From assembly GCA_965231765.1 (NCBI GenBank), contig OZ246887.1, positions 2,444,538-2,508,537 on the forward strand: 64,000 nucleotides of DNA, given 5' to 3'. The notes beneath the pieces are model-generated. The model worked only from the letters and a program-made list of their open reading frames with translations. It made no database searches and was not told the DNA's origin. How positions within the stretch are numbered: position 1 is the stretch's first letter; the number at the start of each line of letters is the position of its first letter. Position numbers and translations under genes: made by a program. Shown piece after piece: positions 38,095 through 48,017 of this stretch. The DNA comes from Candidatus Binatia bacterium. GTDB lineage: Bacteria; Desulfobacterota; Binatia; Bin18.

Positions 38095-38359
38095 ACGCTC
38101 TCCTCCTGTATACGAAGCTCGTGGGTCCTTGTCTACATCTGTAGCGCTTGTTACTGTACCCTGCTCAACTAACTCCGCAAGCGGGTCAGTACTGTCAACT
38201 GGACGGCATCAGCGGTAAGTCAGCTTATATCACGAAATGAGCCACTAGATGTTGTAGAGGCTCGTTTTTTCTGCTACTTGATGTTGCACCCTTTGAATTC
38301 ATGTCCTGAGCGACATTCTGAATACTGGAAAGAAAAGACTCTAAGTACGCGGGGGTAGT

Positions 38360-39061
38360 GTGTCTGGGGGAGATCTACAACTTTTCACCATAAAAGGGCT
38401 GAAGAGCGGACCAACTTTCCTATTCAACGACCAAGCAGCATTCCCAGATGTCATTGCTGCGGTAGATGAGGAACTTTCACGCGCCAATGGATTCTTTCGG
38501 GATTCTCCAGTCATCCTTCATTTCGGCAGCCGTCTGATTCAAGGGGAAGAATGGTGGAGTCTCAAAGAAATCTTGCACCGGGAAGAACTCTTACTCCGGT
38601 ATGCGGTAGCGACTGAACAAGCCAGCCGGGAACTCCTCTATAAAGAAGGCTTGCCCGTACGGGATAGCATCCCGCCACCAAAATCCGAGTCACGCCCTGC
38701 TCCGCCAGTCGCCCCAGACGGGAATGCCCTGTATCTGCGTCGCAACCTCCGCTCGGGCCAGAAACAGACCTTTGACGGTGATCTGGTGCTGGTTGGTGAT
38801 ATTAATCAGGGAGCAGAAATTCTTGCTGGGGGCGATGTGATCGTGTTTGGAACTGTCCGCGGCATGATCCACGCTGGCTACCCCGATAATAAAGATGCCG
38901 TTGTGATCGCTCTCAACCTGACCCCCTTACAGCTCCGTATTGGTCCTATTATCGCTCGTGCAGAGGATAATCCTAAAAAGCAGCGCCGTGCCCAGCAGCC
39001 GGAAATGGCCTGCGTCAAGGACGAACAAATTATGATTCTGCCCTACCAGGGGAGACTATAG
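38360..39061 (+). CDS. minC: septum site-determining protein MinC
   Basis: C-terminal beta-helix GDLVLVGDINQGAEILAGGDVIVFG. GTG start. Confidence 0.85.
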   Translation: MSGGDLQLFTIKGLKSGPTFLFNDQAAFPDVIAAVDEELSRANGFFRDSPVILHFGSRLIQGEEWWSLKEILHREELLLRYAVATEQASRELLYKEGLPVRDSIPPPKSESRPAPPVAPDGNALYLRRNLRSGQKQTFDGDLVLVGDINQGAEILAGGDVIVFGTVRGMIHAGYPDNKDAVVIALNLTPLQLRIGPIIARAEDNPKKQRRAQQPEMACVKDEQIMILPYQGRL

Positions 39062-39074
39062 GAGGCCGCGTGTC

Positions 39075-39869
39075 ATGAGTGGACGAGCAATTGTCATGAC
39101 CTCAGGCAAAGGCGGAGTGGGCAAAACTACCGCCACAGCCAATATCGGCCTCGGCCTGGCAAAACGCGGCAGTAAAGTTGTCTTGATCGACGGAGATATA
39201 GGCCTGCGCAATCTCGATATTATTTTAGGACTCGAGAATAGGATTGTGTACCACCTGGTAGACGTCATTCACGGTCGTTGCCAAGTCCGCCAGGCGCTGG
39301 TGAAAGATAAAAAGGTTCCTGAGTTGAGCTTACTCCCAGCCTCGCAAATCGACCAGAAAGAGGCAGTCAATCCCGACCAGATGCGCGACCTTATTGCGCA
39401 ACTCAAAGAAGACCATGATTTCATTCTGATTGACTGTCCGGCCGGAATCGAGCAGGGCTTCCGGAATGCGATTGCAGGCGCGGATGAGGCTATTGTCATC
39501 ACTACCCCAGATGTGTCGCCAGTCCGCGACGCGGACCGGGTCATCGGCCTCTTACAAAATGAGGTCGGCGAACCACAGCTGATTATTAACCGCATGTCAG
39601 CCGCAATGGTCAACCGTGGCGATATGTTAGATCAACAAGACGTGCTCGACATACTCGCGGTCCGCTTACTGGGTATTATTCCGGAAGATCAAGAAGTTGT
39701 GATCGCTGGTAATAGAGGTGTGCCGGTTATTCTTAATGAAAAAGCAGAGTCAGGCCAAGCCTATAACCGGATTGTCCGTCGGCTCCTTGGCGAGGACCTA
39801 CCTATTCCAGATCTGAATGGGAACCAAGGCGTCATGCGACGGCTCGGTAATCTTATCTTTAGGAGATGA
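39075..39869 (+). CDS. minD: septum site-determining ATPase MinD
   Basis: GKGGVGKTT deviant Walker A. GGAGG Shine-Dalgarno. Confidence 0.95.
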   Translation: MSGRAIVMTSGKGGVGKTTATANIGLGLAKRGSKVVLIDGDIGLRNLDIILGLENRIVYHLVDVIHGRCQVRQALVKDKKVPELSLLPASQIDQKEAVNPDQMRDLIAQLKEDHDFILIDCPAGIEQGFRNAIAGADEAIVITTPDVSPVRDADRVIGLLQNEVGEPQLIINRMSAAMVNRGDMLDQQDVLDILAVRLLGIIPEDQEVVIAGNRGVPVILNEKAESGQAYNRIVRRLLGEDLPIPDLNGNQGVMRRLGNLIFRR

Positions 39870-39872
39870 TTC

Positions 39873-40139
39873 ATGGCCTTCAGTGATCTCGTCCAGCGAT
39901 TTCTGGGAAGTAACGGGAGCAAGGAACAAGCAAAGCATCGGTTGTTGACGGTTCTCGTCTCCGACCGGCTCGGTCTGTCCTCAGAACAAATAGAAGCCTT
40001 ACGCCAGGATATCCTGGCCACCATCAGTCGTCATCTGCCTGTTGACTCCGAGAATATTCGCATCGATTTTGTGCATGAGAATAACCCGGCTGAGGTCGTG
40101 ATTAACGCCCCAATGCGGCGCCAGCCAAAGTCGTCCTAA
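39873..40139 (+). CDS. minE: cell division topological specificity factor MinE
   Basis: 88 aa, directly after minD. Confidence 0.9.
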   Translation: MAFSDLVQRFLGSNGSKEQAKHRLLTVLVSDRLGLSSEQIEALRQDILATISRHLPVDSENIRIDFVHENNPAEVVINAPMRRQPKSS

Positions 40140-40170
40140 GCAGAGAGACGGTAAGAGAGAGTGAGACAGT

Positions 40171-40200
40171 CGGAGGAGTGGTAGGCAAACCTCTCCTCCG
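40171..40200. terminator. bidirectional hairpin between convergent minE and TPR genes
   Basis: Perfect 8-bp stem CGGAGGAG/CTCCTCCG with a 14-nt loop, then a TTTTCTTCT run. Confidence 0.45.
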
Positions 40201-40203
40201 GAT

Positions 40204-40830
40204 CTAGGACTTTTCTTCTAATTCAGTAATCAACCGCCAGGCTTCCTTCCCTTCTGCCGCATCACGCTGCTCTATTTCACGCGCTTCAGCCTTCGCCTTG
40301 TCCCAGCTGCCGCCTAAGAAACGCGGTGCTTTCAGGTAATATTCCATCAGGTCCCACCGCGCGAGCACATTGTCGGCATCAAGGGCTACCGCTTTTTCAA
40401 ACTGTTTTCTCACTTTTCGAGCTAAAAACAGTTGTCGCCAGACAAACGCCTGCTCAGCTTGACGACCATAGGCTCGGCCCAACCACAGGTGAAAGTTGGC
40501 GTTCTGTTTTTCTAGCTCGGCCGATTTTTCAAACCACTCGACGGCGCTAGCGTAGTCTTCTTCACAAAATGCGATCCGCCCTAAATAAAAAGAGGCCAGG
40601 GCATTACCAGGATGGGTTTTCACTGTGGCTAAAAAAATCGTCCGAGCTTCAACCCAGTGCTCCTGTTCAAATAGGGCAATCCCATTTTGGACGAGCCCTT
40701 CGAGTCTTTCTTCAGCAGCAACAGAAGACAGACACAAAAGGCTCAGTAGGTTGAGACTGACGAGCAGCCCCAAGGGAGAGGCGATCAGTCTTCTCCTGCT
40801 TCCCCTTGGGCTGAAACAAGAGACTCGCAT
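40204..40830 (-). CDS. secreted TPR-repeat protein
   Basis: Signal peptide plus TPR motifs (WVEARTIF...ALASFYLGRIAF). Confidence 0.6.
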   Translation of the reverse strand: MRVSCFSPRGSRRRLIASPLGLLVSLNLLSLLCLSSVAAEERLEGLVQNGIALFEQEHWVEARTIFLATVKTHPGNALASFYLGRIAFCEEDYASAVEWFEKSAELEKQNANFHLWLGRAYGRQAEQAFVWRQLFLARKVRKQFEKAVALDADNVLARWDLMEYYLKAPRFLGGSWDKAKAEAREIEQRDAAEGKEAWRLITELEEKS

Positions 40831-41883
40831 TTAGAACGTAATCAGCGGCTTGATAATATTATCTGCCTTGGTCTCCATCATATGGAAAGCTTTTTCGACC
40901 TCAGCAAACGGAAAGCGGTGGGTGGTCAGCAGAGTCGGATCGATCCGACCAGTCTCCAACAGACGCAGCAAACGACCCATGACTTCTTTGCCACCTGGGC
41001 ACAACGCCGTCCGAATCGTCTTATCGCCCATGCCAAGACCAAACTCAGGTAAAGGAATACGGAGCGAATCACCGGCCTCGCCATGGTAGCCGATATTTGA
41101 AATCACGCCGCCTGGTTTGGTTACCTTAATACAGTTTTCAAATGTCACCGGCAGTCCAACAGCCTCAATGGCGGAGTCCACCCCGAGGCCATCAGTCAGA
41201 TCCATGATCTGTTCTACTGCGTCCCCCTGCGTGGGGTCTACAATACTATCTGCGCCCATACGTTTTGACAGTTCCTGACGGTCAGGTTTTGACTCGACGG
41301 CAATCACCAGACCGGCACCGACGAGCCGTGAGGCTGCCGTCGCACATAGTCCGACCGGCCCCTGGGCGAACACAGCGACTGTCCCACCAACGGGAATATC
41401 TGCATTCTCGGCTCCAGCTAAGCCGGTAGACATCATATCCGTGGTATACAAGGCTTGCTCATCGCTGAGCGAGGCTGGAATAGGGGCCAGATTATAGTCT
41501 GCGTTATTCACCAGGAAGTATTCGGCCATATTGCCATCACGCTCATTACTAAACTTATAGCCACCCAGCATGCCACCACACTGCGAGCTAAAGCCCCGTT
41601 GGCAGTAGCTACAGTGACCGCACGGCGTAATCGCATTCACCGCCACCCGGTCGCCTTCTTTGTGCCCGCGTACCTGCGCGCCGAGCGCATGGATCACCCC
41701 GACACTCTCATGTCCCAGTCCGCGGCCCTCGGGTAAGGGAATCACCCCTCGGACATTGTGGACATCCGAAGTACAAATCAGCGAGCCTGTCGTTTTAATG
41801 ACCGCGTCGTTCGGACCAGGATCGGGAATTGGTTTTTCCACGATGCCAATTTTTCCAACGCCCATAAAGGCAAGCACTTTCAT
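40831..41883 (-). CDS. zinc-dependent alcohol dehydrogenase (MDR family)
   Basis: Zn ligands GHESVG and CGHCSYC. Rossmann motif GPVGL. Confidence 0.85.
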   Translation of the reverse strand: MKVLAFMGVGKIGIVEKPIPDPGPNDAVIKTTGSLICTSDVHNVRGVIPLPEGRGLGHESVGVIHALGAQVRGHKEGDRVAVNAITPCGHCSYCQRGFSSQCGGMLGGYKFSNERDGNMAEYFLVNNADYNLAPIPASLSDEQALYTTDMMSTGLAGAENADIPVGGTVAVFAQGPVGLCATAASRLVGAGLVIAVESKPDRQELSKRMGADSIVDPTQGDAVEQIMDLTDGLGVDSAIEAVGLPVTFENCIKVTKPGGVISNIGYHGEAGDSLRIPLPEFGLGMGDKTIRTALCPGGKEVMGRLLRLLETGRIDPTLLTTHRFPFAEVEKAFHMMETKADNIIKPLITF

Positions 41884-41908
41884 ACAATCCCCCTGTCTAC
41901 TGTCCTAT

Positions 41909-42910
41909 TTAACGCCCGAGCATCCGATACAAATCCGAAAGACTATACGTCCCAGGCAACTCACGTCGTTCAGCCATGTCATCGACCACTGTAGGCAGTA
42001 ACGCATTCACCGGTGTCGCAATCGACAGGCGTTGGCCCAATTCGGCGACTCTGCCGTTTAAATAGCGCGCCTCAGTCCGACCTCGGCGGCAATACACATC
42101 TTGCCACATCGACGGAAATACATGTTGAGACCGCGCGGGTAAAGTCTGAAGCGTATACGCGCCCTGCAACCATTCAACCATCTCCGGGAGAGGCCGATCA
42201 CCCGGCAAGGTCTTCATCGGCGTCTCTGCCTTCGCAAAGACTTGATGGGCTTCGTCAAATACCTCAGCCAAGAAGTGGCGCGTCTCAATAGTATTCAACG
42301 CTTCCGCGCCAGACATGCCCAGAATAGCCAGCGGGCTGTTCAGCAGGTTGACGCAGAACTTGGCCCACTTAAACGGCACGATTGTGTCCGTCAGAATGCC
42401 TTCTCGCCCAGCCGTGTTCAACGCCTCAACGACCGCCTCAGCCACTTCGTCTTGTCCCTCAGGATAGCGGCCAATGACCAAGGTATTCCCACCCAAGTGG
42501 CTCACCTCGCCGGGGAAGACATACCGAGCCCCTAAATGCAGAGCAACTCCGTATACGCGGCTAAAATGCTCAGCGACCAGTTCTTCATTAGTCATTGTAT
42601 TCTGGAAACAGAAAATCGGTGCATCCGTCGGGACTTTGGTTTTGAGCTGTTCAATGGCAAGCGGTGTATCGTAGGTTTTAACGGCTAAGAAAATGACATC
42701 ATCGGGCTGGTAGTCCCAATCGTCGAGCCGAGAACACGCCGCAGGATGGCACACAAACTCGCCGTATTTGCCTAACAGTTTGAGTCCGTCAGACTGTATT
42801 TTATCCACATGCGGGCCATCACCAACTAGGAGCACATCAGCCCCAGCTTGGCTCAGGTGAGCGCCAACCACACTGCCGACCGCTCCAGCACCAAACATAA
42901 CAAAACGCAT
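41909..42910 (-). CDS. 2-dehydropantoate 2-reductase family (ApbA/PanE)
   Basis: N-terminal FGAGAVG Rossmann fold plus the KPR C-terminal domain. Confidence 0.8.
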   Translation of the reverse strand: MRFVMFGAGAVGSVVGAHLSQAGADVLLVGDGPHVDKIQSDGLKLLGKYGEFVCHPAACSRLDDWDYQPDDVIFLAVKTYDTPLAIEQLKTKVPTDAPIFCFQNTMTNEELVAEHFSRVYGVALHLGARYVFPGEVSHLGGNTLVIGRYPEGQDEVAEAVVEALNTAGREGILTDTIVPFKWAKFCVNLLNSPLAILGMSGAEALNTIETRHFLAEVFDEAHQVFAKAETPMKTLPGDRPLPEMVEWLQGAYTLQTLPARSQHVFPSMWQDVYCRRGRTEARYLNGRVAELGQRLSIATPVNALLPTVVDDMAERRELPGTYSLSDLYRMLGR

Positions 42911-42944
42911 AGGGGGTTCCTCCTTTTTCCTGGACGCTGTCTCC

Positions 42945-43538
42945 TTACCCGCGTCTTCGCCCTGCCCACTGACTCAGCGGCGGCGGTCCACCAGCGGCCG
43001 CTTGTACGCCTTGCTGTAAGCTCACCACCGCCTCGCCAAGCTGGCGCAAGTGCTCCTGAACCTGTTCATCCGTAATCTCTTTGCCCTGCATTTGATTTCC
43101 GCGCACGTACACACTGCCTGGCACGAGGTGCATATTAAACCACATCAGGACCGGTCGGATCTCTTGATCAATGCTCAGATAATGATGATCCGAGGCGGCA
43201 TTGCCGACCAATCCAGCGATTTTACCTGCCAAGGCTTCAACCGGAATATGGTCAATCAGATTCTTCAGCGCTCCAGTATACGAACCACGATAGATCGGCG
43301 TGCCAATGACGTACGCATCGGCGGCTTGAATCCGTTCAATCGCCTGGCCTGTGTCGTCGGAGTAATCGGCCGGCGGCCGACCATCACAAAAAGAGATCTT
43401 CATATCCCGGAGATCTAAAACGTCCGTCGTAATCTCCGGGAAGCGCGCCTGTGCCGCTTGGAGCGCATAATCGATAATGGCCCGCGTGCTGCCACCAGCG
43501 GTGAGGCTGCCAGAAATGCCTAGGACTGTTGTTGCCAT
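42945..43538 (-). CDS. NAD(P)H-dependent FMN reductase
   Basis: Motifs LGISGSLTAGGSTR and VIGTPIYRGSYTGALKN. Confidence 0.8.
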   Translation of the reverse strand: MATTVLGISGSLTAGGSTRAIIDYALQAAQARFPEITTDVLDLRDMKISFCDGRPPADYSDDTGQAIERIQAADAYVIGTPIYRGSYTGALKNLIDHIPVEALAGKIAGLVGNAASDHHYLSIDQEIRPVLMWFNMHLVPGSVYVRGNQMQGKEITDEQVQEHLRQLGEAVVSLQQGVQAAAGGPPPLSQWAGRRRG

Positions 43539-43573
43539 GTATACTCCTGTATGAATTCACATATAAAAGCTGC

Positions 43574-45247
43574 TCAGAACCGAGATGCACTGAGCTTGAC
43601 ATCTGCCCGTATCCAGATTTTCCGAAACTCTTCCTCCACCAGTTTTGCTTTGGCTGTCGCCCCTTGGGCGCGCAGACTCTGGGCGAGTCCATACAGTGAC
43701 CAGCCATTTCTAGGATTCTGCTTCAAATCTTCTTGATACACCGCTTCTGCCTCAGCTGCTTTGCCCGCTGTCAATAAAACGGCTCCAAGTGCTTGGCGCA
43801 CCGGATAATACCACGGCGGAGGCTCGCTATACCGCAGGTGGTCTTGGATGGCAACGGCTTTTTCCAGGTGTTGGACAGCCTCGGCCGACTTGTCTTGTTT
43901 TGCTGCAAGCTCGCCCGCCACAACCTGGGCAGCGATACCTAACAGATCACTGGCGGTATTTCTGCCCATCATTTCTCGTTCCGGATCAAAGCCTGTGACA
44001 ATCGTCTCCAGGGCTGCCTGTTCTTTTTTTGCGTCTTCCATCTGCTGAGTTGAAGCAAACGCCAAGGCCCGAGCATAATGCCAAATCCCAGTCATGTAGT
44101 GCAAATCTTCCGGTGGCTGAGGTTCCTTGAGAATCTCTTGCCACTTGCCAAAGCGGACCAAGGCGTACAGTGGCGTCGCCGTCCAGGCTTCCAAGAGTGG
44201 AAATTGGCGCGCCACAGCGGGGGGAGTTCGCTCGGCCAGCTTACGAGCGGTTTCAATCGCCTCAACACTACGCCCTTCCATCTGCTGAGCCGCCCACAAA
44301 AAGTCGATATTGTGGGGATAGTACATCATCCGATACAGACCCTGGGGTGCCTCGGCTTCAATATACTTCTCATCGGCTTCCACCGCCTTGATGTTGCTGA
44401 TTGCGGCCTCGTTGTACAGCCCAACCCGCAGATAAATATGCGACGGCATGTGGACCAGATGACCGGAGCCGGGAATCAATGCACTCAGCCTGCGGGCGTG
44501 GGGCAATGCCCGTTCGGGTTGAGACGAGGCTTCAATGGCATGAATATAATAGTGAATCGCTCCGATATGGTTGGGAAAGCGTTCCAACACACTTTCGAGT
44601 GCAGCAACCAGAGCAAGCGTGCCGGCTTTGGGCTGGCTATCAGGTGTCCAGTAATCCCACGGGCGCACATTCATAAGTGCAGCAGCAAACAGCGTTCTCG
44701 CATCCGGGTCGTCAGCATACCGCTCAGATAGTTGTCGCATGGCCTCGGCATAGGCCGTATCCAGCCCACCTCGATCAGCCGTCTCAGGATCAGCTGTATA
44801 GCGCGTCGCTAACGCCTCGATATAGGCGCGTTCAGGCTCACTCGCGTAGCGAGCCAAAGCGATGGCCTGCTGAATCGCAGCGTAGGCTTGTCTGCCCTGT
44901 GCCGCCGCCATGGGAGCGTTAATATTTGGCCCCAAGGCTAAGGCCAGACCCCAATGAGCCATAGCGCAATTGGGATCAATCCGGGCCACTTCTTTAAACG
45001 CCCGTATCGCCTCAGCATGGTTAAACGCATAGGTCAGGCGCAAGCCTTGGTTGAAATAACGTTGGGCTAATTCTGAGGTTGTGGTGATCGAGTGTTGGTA
45101 GCTCCCAAGATTTTCAAACAGGGGAACCGGAGCCGCGGCCGCGGCCGCGGCCGCTGCACCATTTTGCTCCTGGGCCACAACACAAACAATCCCCATACAT
45201 AGGCTCAGCACCATCACGCGGAAAAAGAATCCAGAACGTTTCTTCAT
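43574..45247 (-). CDS. secreted TPR-repeat protein with an N-terminal poly-Ala tract
   Basis: Signal peptide, an A9 run, then multiple TPRs. Confidence 0.65.
   Translation of the reverse strand: MKKRSGFFFRVMVLSLCMGIVCVVAQEQNGAAAAAAAAAPVPLFENLGSYQHSITTTSELAQRYFNQGLRLTYAFNHAEAIRAFKEVARIDPNCAMAHWGLALALGPNINAPMAAAQGRQAYAAIQQAIALARYASEPERAYIEALATRYTADPETADRGGLDTAYAEAMRQLSERYADDPDARTLFAAALMNVRPWDYWTPDSQPKAGTLALVAALESVLERFPNHIGAIHYYIHAIEASSQPERALPHARRLSALIPGSGHLVHMPSHIYLRVGLYNEAAISNIKAVEADEKYIEAEAPQGLYRMMYYPHNIDFLWAAQQMEGRSVEAIETARKLAERTPPAVARQFPLLEAWTATPLYALVRFGKWQEILKEPQPPEDLHYMTGIWHYARALAFASTQQMEDAKKEQAALETIVTGFDPEREMMGRNTASDLLGIAAQVVAGELAAKQDKSAEAVQHLEKAVAIQDHLRYSEPPPWYYPVRQALGAVLLTAGKAAEAEAVYQEDLKQNPRNGWSLYGLAQSLRAQGATAKAKLVEEEFRKIWIRADVKLSASRF
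45133..45156 (-). repeat. (GCCGCG)3-4 hexanucleotide repeat with three overlapping NotI sites, encoding poly-Ala
   Basis: Seen directly in the sequence. Confidence 0.9.
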
Positions 45248-45287
45248 AAGAGTCTCTCTATTTACCCAAGGCTACTTGTCATTTAGC

Positions 45288-46517
45288 CTACCCGCAGGCA
45301 TCTAAGGCCAGAGACAGCAGCTCGTTTGAAAACTGCATGAACTCGGCGTAGTCCTTTTGGCCGGTATTCAAAAAAGCAAACGACAAGCCCCGGTCCAAAT
45401 CCGCCACACAGGTCTGGCCGCCTTTGCCCGGATGCCCAAACGTGCGCAGCGATGCGCCACGGGCCAAGTGTCCTAACATCCAGCCTTGTGCGTAAATCAC
45501 CGGAATGCGCAAAGACCGATCGATCGCCCCATCTTCACTGGTTGGCACAATGCTCTTGTCCAAGGTCTCCTGCGAGAGGAATTGCTTGCCTTCCCACGTC
45601 CCACCTTGGGCAAGCATGGCATACACTTTGGCGATATCACGCGCAGAGGAAATTCCACCGCCGCCAGGCAGCACAACTCGATGGACTTCAGGCCGATTAA
45701 AGATATTATCCCATTCGGGGAATGGCAGATCCTTGGGGTCCAGCCCTTCTTCAAACATGATTGAGCGTTGGAAGCCAAAATACTCTTCATCTGGGGTAAA
45801 ACCCATGAGTTTGGCCATCCCAGTGATGGATTCCCGGTCAGCTGGTGCCTCATACACGCACGCAACCCGGTCTTCTTCTGACTCTGGTAAACCAATAAAC
45901 AAGCTGTCGAGTCCGAGCGGGGCAGCAACTTCTTCTTGGAAAAACTTGCCGCAGTCGCGTCCATCCGTTTGTTGCATGACCTCATTAATCATGAAGCCAT
46001 AATTGAGCGGGTGATAGCCGTTGGCTTCGCCCGGTGTCCAGCGAGGCGCAAGCTCCTCCATCGCTTTTGCACACTGCCGAAAATCGCCCCACTGTTTATA
46101 CGTCAGCCAGTCGGGACCAACGGTATTCCCAACCCGGTGACCCAGCATATGGGTGATGGTCGCCTGCTCTTTGCCATTCTGGGCAAACTTCGGCCAGTAG
46201 GTGCTGATCAGATCGTCATAATCGAACACCCCTCTGTCACGCAGCATATGCATACACAGCGCCGCCAAACCTTTGGTCGAAGAATACAGCACAAACATCG
46301 TCTCCGGCGTGACTGGCTTTTGATCACTGGCTCGCGCCCAACCGCCACCAAGGTCAACGACCTTCTTGCCATGCCGAAAGACAGCTAACTGAGCGCCCCA
46401 GAACAAGCGCTGCGCCTCAACCTCTGCACGGAATAAAGCAGTGAGTTTTGCCACCGTGTCCGCATTCATGCTGACGTCGTGCGGCGAGACCTGCGGATCT
46501 TTTTGATAAAACGACAT
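45288..46517 (-). CDS. serine hydrolase, beta-lactamase/esterase (class C-like) family
   Basis: SxxK motif YSSTKG. 409 aa. Confidence 0.8.
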   Translation of the reverse strand: MSFYQKDPQVSPHDVSMNADTVAKLTALFRAEVEAQRLFWGAQLAVFRHGKKVVDLGGGWARASDQKPVTPETMFVLYSSTKGLAALCMHMLRDRGVFDYDDLISTYWPKFAQNGKEQATITHMLGHRVGNTVGPDWLTYKQWGDFRQCAKAMEELAPRWTPGEANGYHPLNYGFMINEVMQQTDGRDCGKFFQEEVAAPLGLDSLFIGLPESEEDRVACVYEAPADRESITGMAKLMGFTPDEEYFGFQRSIMFEEGLDPKDLPFPEWDNIFNRPEVHRVVLPGGGGISSARDIAKVYAMLAQGGTWEGKQFLSQETLDKSIVPTSEDGAIDRSLRIPVIYAQGWMLGHLARGASLRTFGHPGKGGQTCVADLDRGLSFAFLNTGQKDYAEFMQFSNELLSLALDACG

Positions 46518-46821
46518 TGATTGTTACCCCCCCCCTTAAAAAATGCTGATTATGGGTCTGAAACGGCTTAGCAGCCATAGCCTCTACGATACTTAGCGTG
46601 CTGCGCCAGGACAAGGGGCAGGCTGGGCAGGACACTCGCGTTGTTCGTACCCGAAGGCTGATCCTGGCGCATATTGCCTTGATCTTGCAGATGCCGAAAG
46701 GGATGACTTCGGAATTACATTTTCGAACAGTGGGGCTCCAAGGGGTGAGGAAATTTTCTGAAAGAGTAGACACCTCAAACGGACGAGAGATACTATGCTC
46801 TTCCAAAAGAAGGAGACTCCC

Positions 46822-47973
46822 ATGAAACGCAGCACCGAACGCATTCTCACCACCCACACCGGCAGTTTGCCCCGCCCCGATGATCTGGTCAGTATGGTGT
46901 ATACCAAGGAGCGCGGTGAAAGCCTTGATCACGCAGCTTTTATCTCTCGCGTGCGGGAAGTCACGTCAGACGTCATCCGCAAGCAGCTGGAATGTGGAGT
47001 GGATGTCATTAACGATGGCGAAGTCAGTAAAGTCGGCTACTCGACCTACGTGAAAGATCGTTTAACCGGCTTTGAGGGTGAGGCATCACCGCTGCCGATT
47101 GCTGATTTAGAAGATTTCCCTACATACGGAAAAAAAGTTTTTGAGAACACACCACTCGAGGAGATGCGTCGGCCAGCGTGCACCGGCCCTATTGCCTACA
47201 GAGATAAAGCCGCACTCCAAGAGGATCTTGAAAATTTCAGAACGGCTCTACAGACGCACCCTGGCACGACTCCTGAAGACACTTTTCTGAGTGCGGCCTC
47301 TCCTGGAGTGATTTCGCTCTTTCTGAAAAACAATCATTACCCCAATCACGATGCATATTTATCCGCCTTGGCGGCTGCCATGAAGGAAGAGTACGACGCC
47401 ATTCATCAGGCTGGCTTTCTGCTTCAAATTGATTGTCCAGACTTGGCTATGGGCAAGCATATTCAGTTTACCGAATTGAGTTTGGAAGAGTTTCGCAAGA
47501 GTGCCGAGCTGCATGTTGAAGCGCTCAATCAGGCCGTGGCAGATATTCCACCGGAGCAGATGCGCTTACATTTATGCTGGGGCAACTATGAAGGCCCGCA
47601 CCATCTGGACGTTCCGCTCCAAGACATCGTTGATATTGTCCTCCGGGCGCGGCCGGCTGGTATTTCGTTTGAAGCCGCGAACCCACGTCATGCCCACGAG
47701 TGGAAAGTGTTTCACAATTTTACGCTGCCAGCGAGCAAGGTGTTGATTCCTGGTGTGATTGATTCAACGACGAATTATATTGAACACCCGGAGCTTGTTG
47801 CCGAGCGTATCTGTCGCTTTGCTGAGGTGGTCGGGCGAGAAAATGTTATGGCTGGCACCGATTGTGGGCTTTCAACCTTTGCTGGTTTAAAAACCGTTGA
47901 TCCGGATATTGCGTGGGCAAAACTCGGAGTTATGGCGGAAGGGGCACGGCTGGCATCGGCTGTCCTGTGGTAA
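46822..47973 (+). CDS. cobalamin-independent methionine synthase MetE C-terminal-domain-like methyltransferase (short form)
   Basis: The ATG at 46822 has an AAGGAGAC Shine-Dalgarno. UroD/MetE-like TIM barrel (HTGSLPRP). Confidence 0.7.
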   Translation: MKRSTERILTTHTGSLPRPDDLVSMVYTKERGESLDHAAFISRVREVTSDVIRKQLECGVDVINDGEVSKVGYSTYVKDRLTGFEGEASPLPIADLEDFPTYGKKVFENTPLEEMRRPACTGPIAYRDKAALQEDLENFRTALQTHPGTTPEDTFLSAASPGVISLFLKNNHYPNHDAYLSALAAAMKEEYDAIHQAGFLLQIDCPDLAMGKHIQFTELSLEEFRKSAELHVEALNQAVADIPPEQMRLHLCWGNYEGPHHLDVPLQDIVDIVLRARPAGISFEAANPRHAHEWKVFHNFTLPASKVLIPGVIDSTTNYIEHPELVAERICRFAEVVGRENVMAGTDCGLSTFAGLKTVDPDIAWAKLGVMAEGARLASAVLW

Positions 47974-48017
47974 GCCTATCTTTCGTCTACAGAAAAATCG
48001 GTGGGGCTGGCCCCATC

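Noticed and set aside
46518-46821. Cobalamin riboswitch upstream of the MetE-like gene
   Set aside because: I could not find the B12-box or other conserved riboswitch cores by eye. It is kept only as a low-confidence finding to be tested with Rfam.
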